From: Candidatus Sumerlaeaceae bacterium
GTDB lineage: Bacteria; Sumerlaeota; Sumerlaeia; Sumerlaeales; Sumerlaeaceae
Direction: 5' to 3'
Assembly (NCBI GenBank): GCA_051003195.1
Contig: JBPCLP010000025.1
Coordinates: 64,001-128,000, forward strand
DNA length: 64,000 nt
Shown: piece by piece, positions 1 to 10,157 of the stretch
Layout of the letters: each line of letters opens with the position of its first letter
How positions within the stretch are numbered: the stretch's first letter is position 1
Translations under genes and position numbers: made by a program
The notes under the pieces: model-generated
The model's input: only the letters and a program-made list of their open reading frames with translations
Database searches by the model: none
Told to the model about the DNA's origin: nothing

Positions 1-213
1 GTGGTCACTGCGGCCCGTGGGTTCAAGTTTAATTCAAAGCTGCGGCAGACCTGCTGGCCATCGGTGGTGGGCTGCATGCGCAGTTCCGTGAGGCTCTCAG
101 TGATGGGCAAGCTGTAATGAAATCTAGTGATGTGGCGAACTGAGTAGTGCATGGCTAATTACAGAAACACCTCCGTGAACCCCGCATGCGTGCGGCTGAA
201 ATAATAGACTGAA

Positions 214-1179
214 TCAGGAGGCAAGGGCTACCTCTATTGCGTACTCGATGTACAATTGATGCACCGCGTTGTGGATCTCCGCGGCCTGCTTTTGAACGTC
301 GCGGAGGTAATGGTGGAGGTTACCGGAGAATACCTCGTCAATGTTGGTGAAATCGAGAAAAGCACACAGCCTGCCTGCAAGCCGGTTCACACGGCAGTTT
401 TTGGCGGTGTCGGTTGTTTCGGAAATAGCGTCGAGACTGCTTTTGATGCAACTCGAACAGAAAGCAACTGAACGGGGAAACTCGGGATTCAGGAGCAGAA
501 ACTCGGCGATGCGCTCACGGCGAATCTCCGCTGTATAAACCTTACAATAAGCCTCAAACGCCGTGCACGATTTCAGGAGTACAACGGACTCAAGGTACTC
601 TCCCGCGTCCACGGGACTGTCGCTGCTCATGAAAGCTGAGCCGAACGCCGCATCGAGTAAACGCGCTGTGGCAGATGCCCGCTCCAGGTACTTCCCGAGC
701 TGGATAAAGTGCCAGCCTTCGCCATGGCTCAACGTCGAATCTGTGATGCCCTGGAACAGGTGCGCACCCTGCTTAATCGAGGTGAAGAACTCGTGCGGCT
801 GCCCACCCCAGATGGATTCGATCGTTGCGCTGCGAATATAGAGATAAAGCCCGTTCAGTTGTTCCCACATTTCGGAGCTGATCTGCTGTCGGACCTGCCG
901 GGCATTTTCGCGTGCCACCTGGACACACGCGCTGATCGAGTGTTCGGATTCGACTTCAAAGCCCAACACACGTGTGACCTCATAAGCGTCAGACGGGACT
1001 GGAGTGTCGGCGCTGTCGGCGCCAAGACCCTGCATAAGACGCTGCCATCGGTCACTCGACGATTCCGGGCTGTAATCGAGCATGCTTTGCAGGTTCACGT
1101 CCAGTACGCGCGCATTGTGCTCGGCCCGCTCGAGATAGCGGCTCATCCAGTAAAGGCTGTCCGCGACCCTGGACAGCAT
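214..1179 (-). CDS. Alpha-E domain protein (DUF403)
   Basis: N-terminus [20 protein letters not shown], a second ER motif (LGKYLERA) and FPRSV; abuts the upstream CP-ATP-grasp gene. Confidence 0.9.
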   Translation of the reverse strand: MLSRVADSLYWMSRYLERAEHNARVLDVNLQSMLDYSPESSSDRWQRLMQGLGADSADTPVPSDAYEVTRVLGFEVESEHSISACVQVARENARQVRQQISSEMWEQLNGLYLYIRSATIESIWGGQPHEFFTSIKQGAHLFQGITDSTLSHGEGWHFIQLGKYLERASATARLLDAAFGSAFMSSDSPVDAGEYLESVVLLKSCTAFEAYCKVYTAEIRRERIAEFLLLNPEFPRSVAFCSSCIKSSLDAISETTDTAKNCRVNRLAGRLCAFLDFTNIDEVFSGNLHHYLRDVQKQAAEIHNAVHQLYIEYAIEVALAS

Positions 1180-2681
1180 CAGTTATCACCCGCACTTTCG
1201 CCAGGTGCATGTAACACCCACGTATCTTTGCTGCCGCCGCCCTGGCTGGAATTTACCACAAGCGAGCCGCGCGTGAGAGCAACCCGGGTCAGGCCTCCCG
1301 GCACGATAGTCACGCGATCGCCGTAGAGTATGTAGGGGCGCAGGTCCACATGCCGCGGCTCTACCCGCCCATCGACGAAACAGGGCGCCGTAGACAGCTG
1401 TATAGTCGGCTGTGCGATATAGTTGCGCGAGTTCGCCGGTATAATGCGCGCAAACTCTTCGCGCTGTTCCCTGGTGCTGTGTGGCCCGATCAACATGCCG
1501 TAGCCGCCGCTCTCCCCCACTGGCTTTACCACCAGCTTATCGAGGTTTGCGAGCACATGGTCGCGCTGCTTTGCGTCATCGCACAGGAACGTCTCCACGT
1601 TCTCCAGGATCGGTTCTTCATCCAGGTAGTACTTGATAATTTTTGGCACGTAAGCGTACAAGGCCTTGTCGTCTGCAATGCCGGTTCCGATTGCGTTGCC
1701 GATTGCCACGTTTCCCGCACGATAGGCATTAAGCAGACCTGCCACGCCAAGGATACTATCGGGACGAAAAGCCAGTGGATCGAGAAAATCGTCGTCCACT
1801 CGCCGGTAGATCACGTCGACGCGCCGCAACCCCGCGGTTGTCCGCATGTAGAGAACGTTGTCGTGCACCAGCAGGTCGCGCCCTTCTACCAATTCGATGC
1901 CCATTTGCCGCGCGAGGAATGTGTGCTCGAAATAAGCAGAATTGTAAACGCCGGGCGTGAGCAAAACAATGGTGGGTTCGGCGACGTGCGGCGGCGCAAT
2001 AGCGCGCAGCGCCGCGAGCAATGCCTGCGGATAATGCTCGATCCCCATGATGCCGTAATCCCGGAACATGGCAGGGAAAACGCGCTTCATCACCTGCCGG
2101 TTCGCGAGCATGTAGCTCACTCCGCTCGGCACGCGCAGGTTATCTTCCAGCACGGCAAAACTGCCCGACGGCAATCGAATCAGGTCGCTGCCAATCACGC
2201 TGATGTAGATTCCGTTGGGCACGTGGAGGCCGCGCATTTCGCGGCGATAATGCCTGCAGCTGTACACCAGGGGACGCGGGATGACTTTGTCGCGCAGGAT
2301 CTTGCCTTCATGGTAAAGATCGTACAGGAAGAGGTTGAGGGCTGCAATGCGCTGGCTCAGGCCACGTTCGAGCGTGCTCCATTCTTCGGAAGTGATAATG
2401 CGCGGTAGCAGGTCGTAGGGAAAGATCCGCTCGGTGCCCTCATCGTCTCCATAAACTGTGAAGGTAATGCCCTGATGCAGAAACGATGCGTCGGCTGCCT
2501 GCTGGCGTCGCCGCAATTCCTCGGGTGCAAGCTCCTGCATGCGGTGGTAGAGCTGACGGTAGTGCTCGCGTGGCTGGCCGGGCGAGGCAAACATTTCATC
2601 GTACGCTTCGCCGATTGCGTAGCGGTCGTACGGCGTGTCAAAATCTTCCAGGGCCATGATACTCATATGGAATATCCACAC
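1179..2681 (-). CDS. Circularly permuted type 2 ATP-grasp protein (DUF404-like)
   Basis: [59 protein letters not shown]; true start may be a downstream Met. Confidence 0.92.
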   Translation of the reverse strand: MWIFHMSIMALEDFDTPYDRYAIGEAYDEMFASPGQPREHYRQLYHRMQELAPEELRRRQQAADASFLHQGITFTVYGDDEGTERIFPYDLLPRIITSEEWSTLERGLSQRIAALNLFLYDLYHEGKILRDKVIPRPLVYSCRHYRREMRGLHVPNGIYISVIGSDLIRLPSGSFAVLEDNLRVPSGVSYMLANRQVMKRVFPAMFRDYGIMGIEHYPQALLAALRAIAPPHVAEPTIVLLTPGVYNSAYFEHTFLARQMGIELVEGRDLLVHDNVLYMRTTAGLRRVDVIYRRVDDDFLDPLAFRPDSILGVAGLLNAYRAGNVAIGNAIGTGIADDKALYAYVPKIIKYYLDEEPILENVETFLCDDAKQRDHVLANLDKLVVKPVGESGGYGMLIGPHSTREQREEFARIIPANSRNYIAQPTIQLSTAPCFVDGRVEPRHVDLRPYILYGDRVTIVPGGLTRVALTRGSLVVNSSQGGGSKDTWVLHAPGESAGDN

Positions 2682-2910
2682 CGTGCCGGCATAGCGGAAA
2701 ACATAGCCAAAGGTTCAGGTTCCGTGAAAGTTAATTCAAGGAATGAATCGATGATGTTCCGATTAAATGATTAAAAGGAACCGATTTACGGCGACCGCTT
2801 TACTGCAAATGAAGCGCTGCCTTTACCTCACTCAACGTCATGCCCGGTTCACTTGCTTCGCCTCTCTCAGATCGAGCAGATCCGGAGCGTCCAACAACAG
2901 AAAAGCGAAC

Positions 2911-2953
2911 CACAGAGGCACAGAGTCACAGAGTCACAGAGGCATGCACAGAG
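2911..2953 (+). repeat. Octamer tandem repeat (CACAGAG-N)x4 plus one offset copy
   Basis: cacagagg cacagagt cacagagt cacagagg catg cacagag in an intergenic region. Confidence 0.85.
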
Positions 2954-3160
2954 GGATTTTGGTGCGCGGCTCGGTGGGCGGAATTTCTTCATGGTCAGTA
3001 AACGGACGTGTCCTCGAAATGTTCGTCGGCACTCTGTAGCACGAGAAACGGTCGACTTCGGAATATCTCCGTCCCTATATCTTCCAACGCGCAGACGATA
3101 CTCCGCGGAAAGCTCTGGGGTGCCCCCTGTAACCTATCGGTTGTTACGTCCTTGTACACG

Positions 3161-4690
3161 CTATCTCCAACTACCAAGAAATTCCATAGCCGGATATCCT
3201 CCATGTGGGTATACGCTCGGGTTGTGCGTGAATTTGTACGTACCAGTCTGCTCGTCGGGCTGGTACTGGATTGAATCGCCGGGCTTGGCCGCCAGTGGAT
3301 CGAGCGGAACAGGTTTGCCGCTGCGTTCACTTAGTTCGTGCAAGGTCCGTGGCATCGTACTCGTAGCGTTACTTCGAAGCCGTGCAATTTGCATCATGCA
3401 CTCGGCCTGCAAAACTGCTGCCTCTGCTTCGCGGCCGCGTTCATTCATCATTGCGCGGTTGTATCCGGGAAGCGCAACGTTCGCAACAGGGTTCCCCGCA
3501 GATTTCTTGTCACGCCACTCCTGTATTCTTTCACAACGACTCAGCAATGCGGGTAAACTATCAGAGTTAACGGTGCTATAATTCAGCGGTAGCCACTCCA
3601 GGCTGGAAAGAATGACACCGCAAAGTGTTCTCCGAACATAACTTTCATTCTTAGAAAACAAATCAGCAGGGCCTGGAAACGTACTCGGCAGGCGTAAGCC
3701 GGAAAGATCCTTCCTAAACGTGGCAAATTTTTCTTCGAGTTGCTTCGAAAGCTCTTCATCAAAATGCCGATTAAAGTTTTTCAAACGGTAACCGCCGGTT
3801 TTTTCCAGGCCGATACGGCACTTGATCGTCTGTGCGGTCCATATCACTTCGGCTTCACACGTGCGAAGTAAATTTTTACGCGCACGCTGCGGATCCAATT
3901 GATCGTACAATCTGGCTGCGATCTCCTCGCTCGGTACGGGAACAGAGCTCATCAGCTTACTGCATACATCGAAGCAAATACCATCCAGCGCTACTCCTAT
4001 CATTCCTTCCATCATGGAAGTGGTGGCGACCTTAAAGAATTCGGGCAGGTACATCCAATTCAGCAGTAGCGTATAGGCTCTGGTCGTATCGGAGTCAGCT
4101 ACTGCAAGCCATACCGCGGTTGGCAGCAATACGCGCGTTACCTGACGCGCATGAAACCCCTGCTTGAAGTAGACCGACTGCTCCGCGAAAGAAGCATAAG
4201 TCCACCCAAGCTCTTCAATGCGGCACTTTTCGTGCAAAGTGAGCAACGCTTCGATTGGAGTGCTGTTAATATCTGAACAGACGATCAGGCTTTCGGTCGT
4301 GTAGTCGTTACTTCCAAGGTAGCGTTTGACCCATTCCGGACCACTGAAGGGAACATTTCCGTCCGCCATTCTACTTGGTTTTTTGGAAACCAGGTCTTTG
4401 GGTTCGGCTCGCATAGCCGAGAAAATACGGACAACTTCCGCGACACCTTCTCGCCCTCGTTCACTAGACGGATACTTCGCCTTGTAGGCCTCAAGTGTAG
4501 CAGCAATACCCGCCGCTTCAACAACGGCAATCTGCTTTTTCTCTGCATCCAGGAACCAGCGATCAGAGTAATAGTTTTCCAGTAACGCCAGGCAAACTGC
4601 CAGGCAAACAAGCAGCAATCCACTGAGCACCCACAAGCGTTTACGACTGCGCCCCGCCGCAGCGGCAGTGCGGCCTACCGCGATCTTCAT
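3161..4690 (-). CDS. Hypothetical membrane-anchored protein with pseudopilin/GspG-like C-terminal motif
   Basis: 509-aa ORF, basic N-terminus followed by one TM helix; C-terminal MPRTLHEL...PLDPL...IQY; visibly more AT-rich than its neighbours. Confidence 0.6.
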   Translation of the reverse strand: MKIAVGRTAAAAGRSRKRLWVLSGLLLVCLAVCLALLENYYSDRWFLDAEKKQIAVVEAAGIAATLEAYKAKYPSSERGREGVAEVVRIFSAMRAEPKDLVSKKPSRMADGNVPFSGPEWVKRYLGSNDYTTESLIVCSDINSTPIEALLTLHEKCRIEELGWTYASFAEQSVYFKQGFHARQVTRVLLPTAVWLAVADSDTTRAYTLLLNWMYLPEFFKVATTSMMEGMIGVALDGICFDVCSKLMSSVPVPSEEIAARLYDQLDPQRARKNLLRTCEAEVIWTAQTIKCRIGLEKTGGYRLKNFNRHFDEELSKQLEEKFATFRKDLSGLRLPSTFPGPADLFSKNESYVRRTLCGVILSSLEWLPLNYSTVNSDSLPALLSRCERIQEWRDKKSAGNPVANVALPGYNRAMMNERGREAEAAVLQAECMMQIARLRSNATSTMPRTLHELSERSGKPVPLDPLAAKPGDSIQYQPDEQTGTYKFTHNPSVYPHGGYPAMEFLGSWR

Positions 4691-4861
4691 CTGACTATTG
4701 TCGAGTTTGCGATACGCATTCGCTGCATTCCGCGTTGCGAAACTTATCTAAGCAACTCCGGACCGCCCATGACTGGATAGTAATCTATCTCAATGGGTTC
4801 TGCCCGACCTTATATCCGTCCATAATTCGGGCGATCGAAACAACTCGAATCGGAAAGCTAA

Positions 4862-6121
4862 CTACGCGCTTTCCTTCTTTTCGCGGGCGATGTATACGGG
4901 TTCGGCGCGTTTTTCAATCACGTCGAGATCGATCCGCACTTCTGAAAGTTCGCTGCTGCGTGTCGGAAGGTCGTACATGATTTCAAGCATGACAGATTCC
5001 AGGATCGCGCGAAGCCCACGGGCGCCTGTTTCCATCTTAATCGCTTTTTGCGCCACCATTGCAAGCGCTTCCTGGTCGAACGACAGCTCGACGCCTTCCA
5101 GTTCGAAGAACTTCTTGTACTGTTTGATGATTGCGTTCTTCGGCTCCTGCAGGATTTGAACGAGCTGCTCTTCGCCCAATTTCTCCAGCGTCGAAACGAC
5201 GGGCAAACGTCCGATGAATTCCGGGATGAAACCAAACTTGAGCATGTCCTGGTAAGTGACCTGTGCGAAGAGCGCGCCGACGTCGCGCTCTTTGCGCGAT
5301 ACAATGTCGGCCCCGAAACCCATGCTCTTGGCCGCGGTACGGTGTTCAATGATGCGGTCCAGGCCATTAAACGCGCCGCCGCAGATAAAGAGAATGTTTG
5401 TCGTATCGATCGTGATGTATTCCTGGTGCGGGTGCTTGCGTCCGCCGCTGGGGGGGACGTTGGCGACGGTGCCTTCCAGGATTTTAAGCAGGGCCTGCTG
5501 GACGCCTTCGCCGCTGACGTCGCGCGTGATGGAAACGTTCTGGGTGGTGCGCGCGATTTTGTCGATCTCATCGATATAGACGATACCGCGCTCGGCCTTC
5601 TCCTTGTCGTTGCCGGCATTCTGCCAAAGTTTGAGCAGAATGTTCTCAACGTCCTCACCAACGTAGCCGGCCTGCGTCAGCGTTGTCGCGTCTGCAATGG
5701 CGAATGGAACATCGAGAATCCGCGCGAGAGTTTGCGCGATCAGCGTCTTGCCGCTGCCCGTGGGGCCAATCAGCAGGATGTTCGATTTCTCCAGTTCAAC
5801 GTCGTCGTTGCCGTAGTTGAACATGATACGCTTGTAGTGGTTGTGCACGGCGACACTGAGGATTTTTTTGGTTTGTTCCTGGGAGATGACGTACTGGTCC
5901 AGCGCCTTCTTGATCTCGTGAGGCGTGGGCAGGCGCTTGATGTTTTCAAGTGCAGCCTCTTCGGCCTTGATGAGCTGCTCCTGGCGCAGGCGATCGCTAC
6001 ATTGCGTGATGCAGTCATCGCATATATAAACGCTGGTCATCGTCTCCTTGTTCGGCAGCCCGCGGAACAGCGTCTTTACCGAGTGCTGATCCTTGCCACA
6101 GAAGGAGCATTTTAAGCGCAT
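4862..6121 (-). CDS. clpX: ATP-dependent Clp protease ATP-binding subunit ClpX
   Basis: CSFCGK...ICDDC zinc finger, GPTGSGKT Walker A, YIDEIDKI Walker B, GGRKHP loop, MGF (IGF) loop, GARGLR; GGAGAGG RBS before ATG 6121. Confidence 0.97.
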   Translation of the reverse strand: MRLKCSFCGKDQHSVKTLFRGLPNKETMTSVYICDDCITQCSDRLRQEQLIKAEEAALENIKRLPTPHEIKKALDQYVISQEQTKKILSVAVHNHYKRIMFNYGNDDVELEKSNILLIGPTGSGKTLIAQTLARILDVPFAIADATTLTQAGYVGEDVENILLKLWQNAGNDKEKAERGIVYIDEIDKIARTTQNVSITRDVSGEGVQQALLKILEGTVANVPPSGGRKHPHQEYITIDTTNILFICGGAFNGLDRIIEHRTAAKSMGFGADIVSRKERDVGALFAQVTYQDMLKFGFIPEFIGRLPVVSTLEKLGEEQLVQILQEPKNAIIKQYKKFFELEGVELSFDQEALAMVAQKAIKMETGARGLRAILESVMLEIMYDLPTRSSELSEVRIDLDVIEKRAEPVYIAREKKESA

Positions 6122-6368
6122 GCAGTGAGCCTCTCCCAAGAGTACAAATCACGCCGCGAAACCCACACCATGTGGAACTTACGTCGTCGTCCGGGAAGAA
6201 TCTGCATGCCAGAACACAAACGGCAACAAAATCCTTCCGTAATTGTTAACCTTTAACGTTTTGGCGCATTCAGCAGCGCGCGATTGATTTTGGAAATAGC
6301 GTTTGGGGAAATGACGAGTCGCGACGCATCTTGACTTTAGATGTGCCGGCTCCTGAACATTCTTTATT

Positions 6369-7664
6369 ATGAATCAACGGAACTTTCAGACCGCCCTGGC
6401 GCTTGTAACGACAATGCTTTTGAGTTCGTGGTGTGCAGCCGATTGTACCTACATCTCGACTGGGCTGATACCACTGAACGAGCTCGGGTCTGCGTCGTAC
6501 CAGGGAAGCGCTGGCGGGCTGTACCCCGGCGGAAGCAATACTCGCCCTGCAGCCCATCTAACTTCAGGCACCGCAATCGCCAGTACGGACGTACTGCCTC
6601 GAGATTCCAGCGGCAACCCCGACACACTGGCAGGACGTATCGTGCTGATCTCGATTGGAATGTCGAACACGACGCAGGAATTCGGGTCAGGCGGATCCTG
6701 GTCGTTTAAGCCAAGGTCCGACGCAGACTTGTCTCGAGCGCCACTGGTTCGCATCGTTGATGGAGCCCAGGGCGGACAGACGGCGGCAGTGTGGGCGAAC
6801 AGTAACGCCAACTGCTGGAATGTATTATCCAGTCGCCTTGTCGCCGCCGGTGTGACAACCGGCCAGGTCCAGCTCGCGTGGATCAAAATGGCCGACGCAC
6901 AGCCCGCCCAGTATGGTGTTTTCCCCGCCCACGCGCAGTTGCTGAAAAGCGAGTACGCGCAGGTTATCCGCCTGGCCCGTGCCAAATACCCGAACATTAA
7001 GATCGCATATCTTTCGAGCCGCACTCGTGCCTGGCGCAACGATTCCACCGCACTGAATCCTGAGCCATACGCTTACGAATCAAACTTTGCGGTAAAGTGG
7101 GTCATTGACGATCAGATTAACGGCATCGGGAACCTGAACTACGACGCAGCCGCGGGAGCGGTGGTGGCGCCGTGGCTGAGCTGGGGCCCCTACCTGTGGG
7201 CGGATGGGACAAATCCAAGATCGGACGGCCTGACATGGCTTTGCTCCGATACCACAAGCGATTTCACGCACCCGTCCGCGAGCGGGCAGGCCAAAGTCGC
7301 CAACCAGCTCATGGCGTGGTTCCATTGCGATACCACCGCGCGGCCATGGTACCTGAAGACTACCAGCAGCGGGGCGCAGCCACTTGTAAACGTGACACCC
7401 AGCACCTCGGCCGGCGCCGCGCCTCTCAGCGTCTCGTTTAATACCAGTGCGTCGGACTCTGACGGCACAATTGCTTCCACATGGTGGAGCTTCGATGACG
7501 GAGGCACGACTACGACATTGAGCCCCACGAAGGTCTTCAAAGTTCCGGGAAGCTATAACGTCAGCGTCACCGTGGTCGATAATTCTGGAAACCATGCCAG
7601 CCAGACGATACCGATCACCGTAACTCCACCCGCGGGCGTTCGCGATTGGTATGGGTATCACTGA
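6369..7664 (+). CDS. Secreted protein: putative SGNH-like domain plus C-terminal PKD domain and DW tail
   Basis: Signal peptide; SIGMSN and DFTHPS motifs; PKD signature (APLSVSF...SDSDG..W.FDDG...GSYNVSVTVVDNSG); ends AGVRDWYGYH. Confidence 0.7.
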   Translation: MNQRNFQTALALVTTMLLSSWCAADCTYISTGLIPLNELGSASYQGSAGGLYPGGSNTRPAAHLTSGTAIASTDVLPRDSSGNPDTLAGRIVLISIGMSNTTQEFGSGGSWSFKPRSDADLSRAPLVRIVDGAQGGQTAAVWANSNANCWNVLSSRLVAAGVTTGQVQLAWIKMADAQPAQYGVFPAHAQLLKSEYAQVIRLARAKYPNIKIAYLSSRTRAWRNDSTALNPEPYAYESNFAVKWVIDDQINGIGNLNYDAAAGAVVAPWLSWGPYLWADGTNPRSDGLTWLCSDTTSDFTHPSASGQAKVANQLMAWFHCDTTARPWYLKTTSSGAQPLVNVTPSTSAGAAPLSVSFNTSASDSDGTIASTWWSFDDGGTTTTLSPTKVFKVPGSYNVSVTVVDNSGNHASQTIPITVTPPAGVRDWYGYH

Positions 7665-7726
7665 GGTCTGGTTCTTCCAACTCACAACCGCCAGACGCAG
7701 AAAATCTTACCTGAGGTACCGATGGA

Positions 7727-8998
7727 TCAGGTATGCGAAGCTGCGCACCTCTGCCGTAGCTCGCCGGCCAGGCCGCAGAAATCCACCACGCGCTCAATCA
7801 CCTCACCGATTGCGCGGTTCGGTGTGCTGGCCCCCGCGGTAAAGCCAACGCGCAGAGGCAATTTTGGCAGCCAGTTCTCCGCGGTCTCTACCTGGTGGCT
7901 GTCCCAACGCTTATGGCGTAGTTCCGTGGGTGAGACGAGGTGCGCTACGTCCTCGATGTGAAAGGCACGGGTATAGTGGTTGGCGATTTCAATGAGATGC
8001 GTGGTGTTCGAACTGTTAAAGCCGCCGACAACAAGGATCAGGTCGAGATCCCGCGCGACGAGTGCCTGCACAGCATCCTGCCGCTCCTGGGTGGCCGAGC
8101 AGATGGTGTCGAAACTCCGGAAATGCGCGTCGAGTTCGCCCGCAGTGTACCGGTCGGCCATGGCCTGTTTAAGCATACCGGCTATTTCGAGGGATTCGCT
8201 GCTCAGCATCGTGGTCTGGTTGGCAACGCCGACACGCTGAAGGTCGCGCTCCGGATCGAAACCCGGCAATGTGGCTCTCGAAAATTTGTTTCGAATGACA
8301 TCCACGGGCACCGTCCCGCGGATGAAGTCGCACACCAGTTGCGCTTCGTCCTTATCCCGAACCACGATGTACTGCCCGCCGGGAAACTGCGTGACGTGGC
8401 TGCTGGTGCCGATCGTTTCTTCATGCGAGTACTTGCCATGAATGACGGCGGTGAAACCCTCTTTCGCGTATTTCTCAACGCGCTTCCACACGTGAATGAC
8501 GGATCCGCAGGTGGTGTCGACGATGGTGCAGCTACGCTTGCGCAGGGTCTCCACTTCCTGCACACTGGCGCCGAACGCCGGCAGTATGACCACATCATCG
8601 GGAGTGACCTCGTCGTAGCCGGTGTCACCCTTGTACTGGCCGGAGAGAAACTGGATGCCCATATCGAGGAGCCGGCGGTTTACGCGTGGGTTGTGGATGA
8701 TTTCCGTCGTTAAAAAGATCCGCTTGTCCGGAAACATGCGGCGCGTCTGGTAAGCGTAATCGATGGCTTTGTCGACGCCGTAACAAAAGCCGAATTCGCG
8801 CGCCAGGTTGATCTCCAGCCCAGGCAGCTCGAGCGTGTAATCCGCCTGCTTAACGCAATCCACGATCTGGCACGTATAGTCACCCGATATGTCCTGCTCC
8901 ACGGCGGATTTGAGCCCAAATCCGTGGCGGTAAATACCCGTAGCCGCATCGGGTTTACCAATGGGGGAAGGCTTCAGCGTAGCAGCGGGGTCAGTCAT
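7727..8998 (-). CDS. ispH: 4-hydroxy-3-methylbut-2-enyl diphosphate reductase
   Basis: FGFCYGV, IIHNP, DTTC, HGKYSHEET, NQTT, DTICSATQERQ, GGFNSSNT, TAGASTP. Confidence 0.96.
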   Translation of the reverse strand: MTDPAATLKPSPIGKPDAATGIYRHGFGLKSAVEQDISGDYTCQIVDCVKQADYTLELPGLEINLAREFGFCYGVDKAIDYAYQTRRMFPDKRIFLTTEIIHNPRVNRRLLDMGIQFLSGQYKGDTGYDEVTPDDVVILPAFGASVQEVETLRKRSCTIVDTTCGSVIHVWKRVEKYAKEGFTAVIHGKYSHEETIGTSSHVTQFPGGQYIVVRDKDEAQLVCDFIRGTVPVDVIRNKFSRATLPGFDPERDLQRVGVANQTTMLSSESLEIAGMLKQAMADRYTAGELDAHFRSFDTICSATQERQDAVQALVARDLDLILVVGGFNSSNTTHLIEIANHYTRAFHIEDVAHLVSPTELRHKRWDSHQVETAENWLPKLPLRVGFTAGASTPNRAIGEVIERVVDFCGLAGELRQRCAASHT

Positions 8999-9130
8999 GT
9001 CGGCATATGATACAGAACTGGAGAAAACTCATCCAAAAGAAAACGCACACCAGAGCATTGCTCAAGTGCGCGTGGATAAAATCAAGTCGACTGCGATCCA
9101 GCTTTGCGTGGTGTACTCAACAGAATCCGT

Positions 9131-9856
9131 TTACGGGAATGTCTCGTTATACTTGTTTTGAATTCGATCAATAGAAGGCAAGCGGGACGCGTTAATTGGG
9201 CCCGGGGCCGAAGAAACCCGAACGACATCTCCCCGGCTGACGGTTCCATTTGTTGGATCGTAGTCTAATCCAAAGGAGGCGTTTGCTCCCATTTGTCCGA
9301 CATACCCCCCCCCGAAGAAGTTAACTTTGTCCGGCCCTGCCGACACAACCCTCCACGTCGCTCCGGAAGTCAGCCCTGCCCCACGCCAATTACCCGTAGT
9401 AGTGTCATACGCGGCGCCGTTGACAAAATCAAAGGCATTCCAGTAGTCAAAACTATCGTATTGGGTATCTAAGTCCCCAGTATTAGAAACGCCAAAACCT
9501 GACGGGCGAAAAACATCCGGCGGAATCGACGTAATATACGCGATGGGAGTTGTCAGGCGTTTAAAGCGGCCACTTACCGCATTCTGATTCGTAATGGTGG
9601 AATTGATGACGCTTTCCCCGTTCCAAGGGCTCGCCTGCGCGGACGTCTTACCGAACTGGATAACTGTCATCGGCTTGTTCTCATCAACGGTGTAAGACTC
9701 AAGACCGGTGGCAAGAGTTCGCATGTCCGCCTTAGTTCTGGCGACTTTGGATCGCGTCTGCGCTTCCAGGAAATTTGGAACCGCAATAGCCGCAAGAATC
9801 GCGATGATTGCGACCACAATTAAGAGCTCAATAAGCGTAAATCCTTTACGATGCAT
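9131..9856 (-). CDS. Prepilin-type N-terminal cleavage/methylation domain protein
   Basis: MHRKG|FTLIELLIVVAIIAILAAIAVPNF class III signal with Glu at +5; SAGPD and YDPTNGTVSRGD C-terminal motifs; GGAGG RBS. Confidence 0.9.
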   Translation of the reverse strand: MHRKGFTLIELLIVVAIIAILAAIAVPNFLEAQTRSKVARTKADMRTLATGLESYTVDENKPMTVIQFGKTSAQASPWNGESVINSTITNQNAVSGRFKRLTTPIAYITSIPPDVFRPSGFGVSNTGDLDTQYDSFDYWNAFDFVNGAAYDTTTGNWRGAGLTSGATWRVVSAGPDKVNFFGGGYVGQMGANASFGLDYDPTNGTVSRGDVVRVSSAPGPINASRLPSIDRIQNKYNETFP

Positions 9857-10157
9857 GCCATCCTCCGGGAGGGAAATTTAGATGTCTTGTGGCAAACCGG
9901 GCTTTCGAGTGCAAGAAAAGAAATCAAGGCCCTGACAGCCAAATCATCCAAACCTCGAACAAAACCAATCGACGAACGCCATCCATCGAGCGCATCTCGC
10001 TCACAGCAGCTATCGCACGACTGGAATTCGTGAAATTCGTCAGGTTCGTGGATGCTTTCATCCTGATGAATACTTGAGCCTTTCGCCTTGCATTGGGCGC
10101 GGGGGCGTTTCGTGCTGCCCCGCGTTTACTTGATCTATTACAGGAGCCGATTTACCC

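Noticed and set aside
2995..3330. 111-aa minus-strand ORF overlapping the 3' end of the 509-aa gene
   Set aside because: Out-of-frame overlap with no recognisable features; no evidence for a frameshifted extension
4862..6121. clpX without adjacent clpP or tig
   Set aside because: Separation of these genes is common and uninformative
9960..10157. Possible SAM riboswitch upstream of metK
   Set aside because: I could not find SAM-I or SAM-II core motifs; only a GC hairpin and a weak TTCGTG 9-bp-period repeat near 10027-10051
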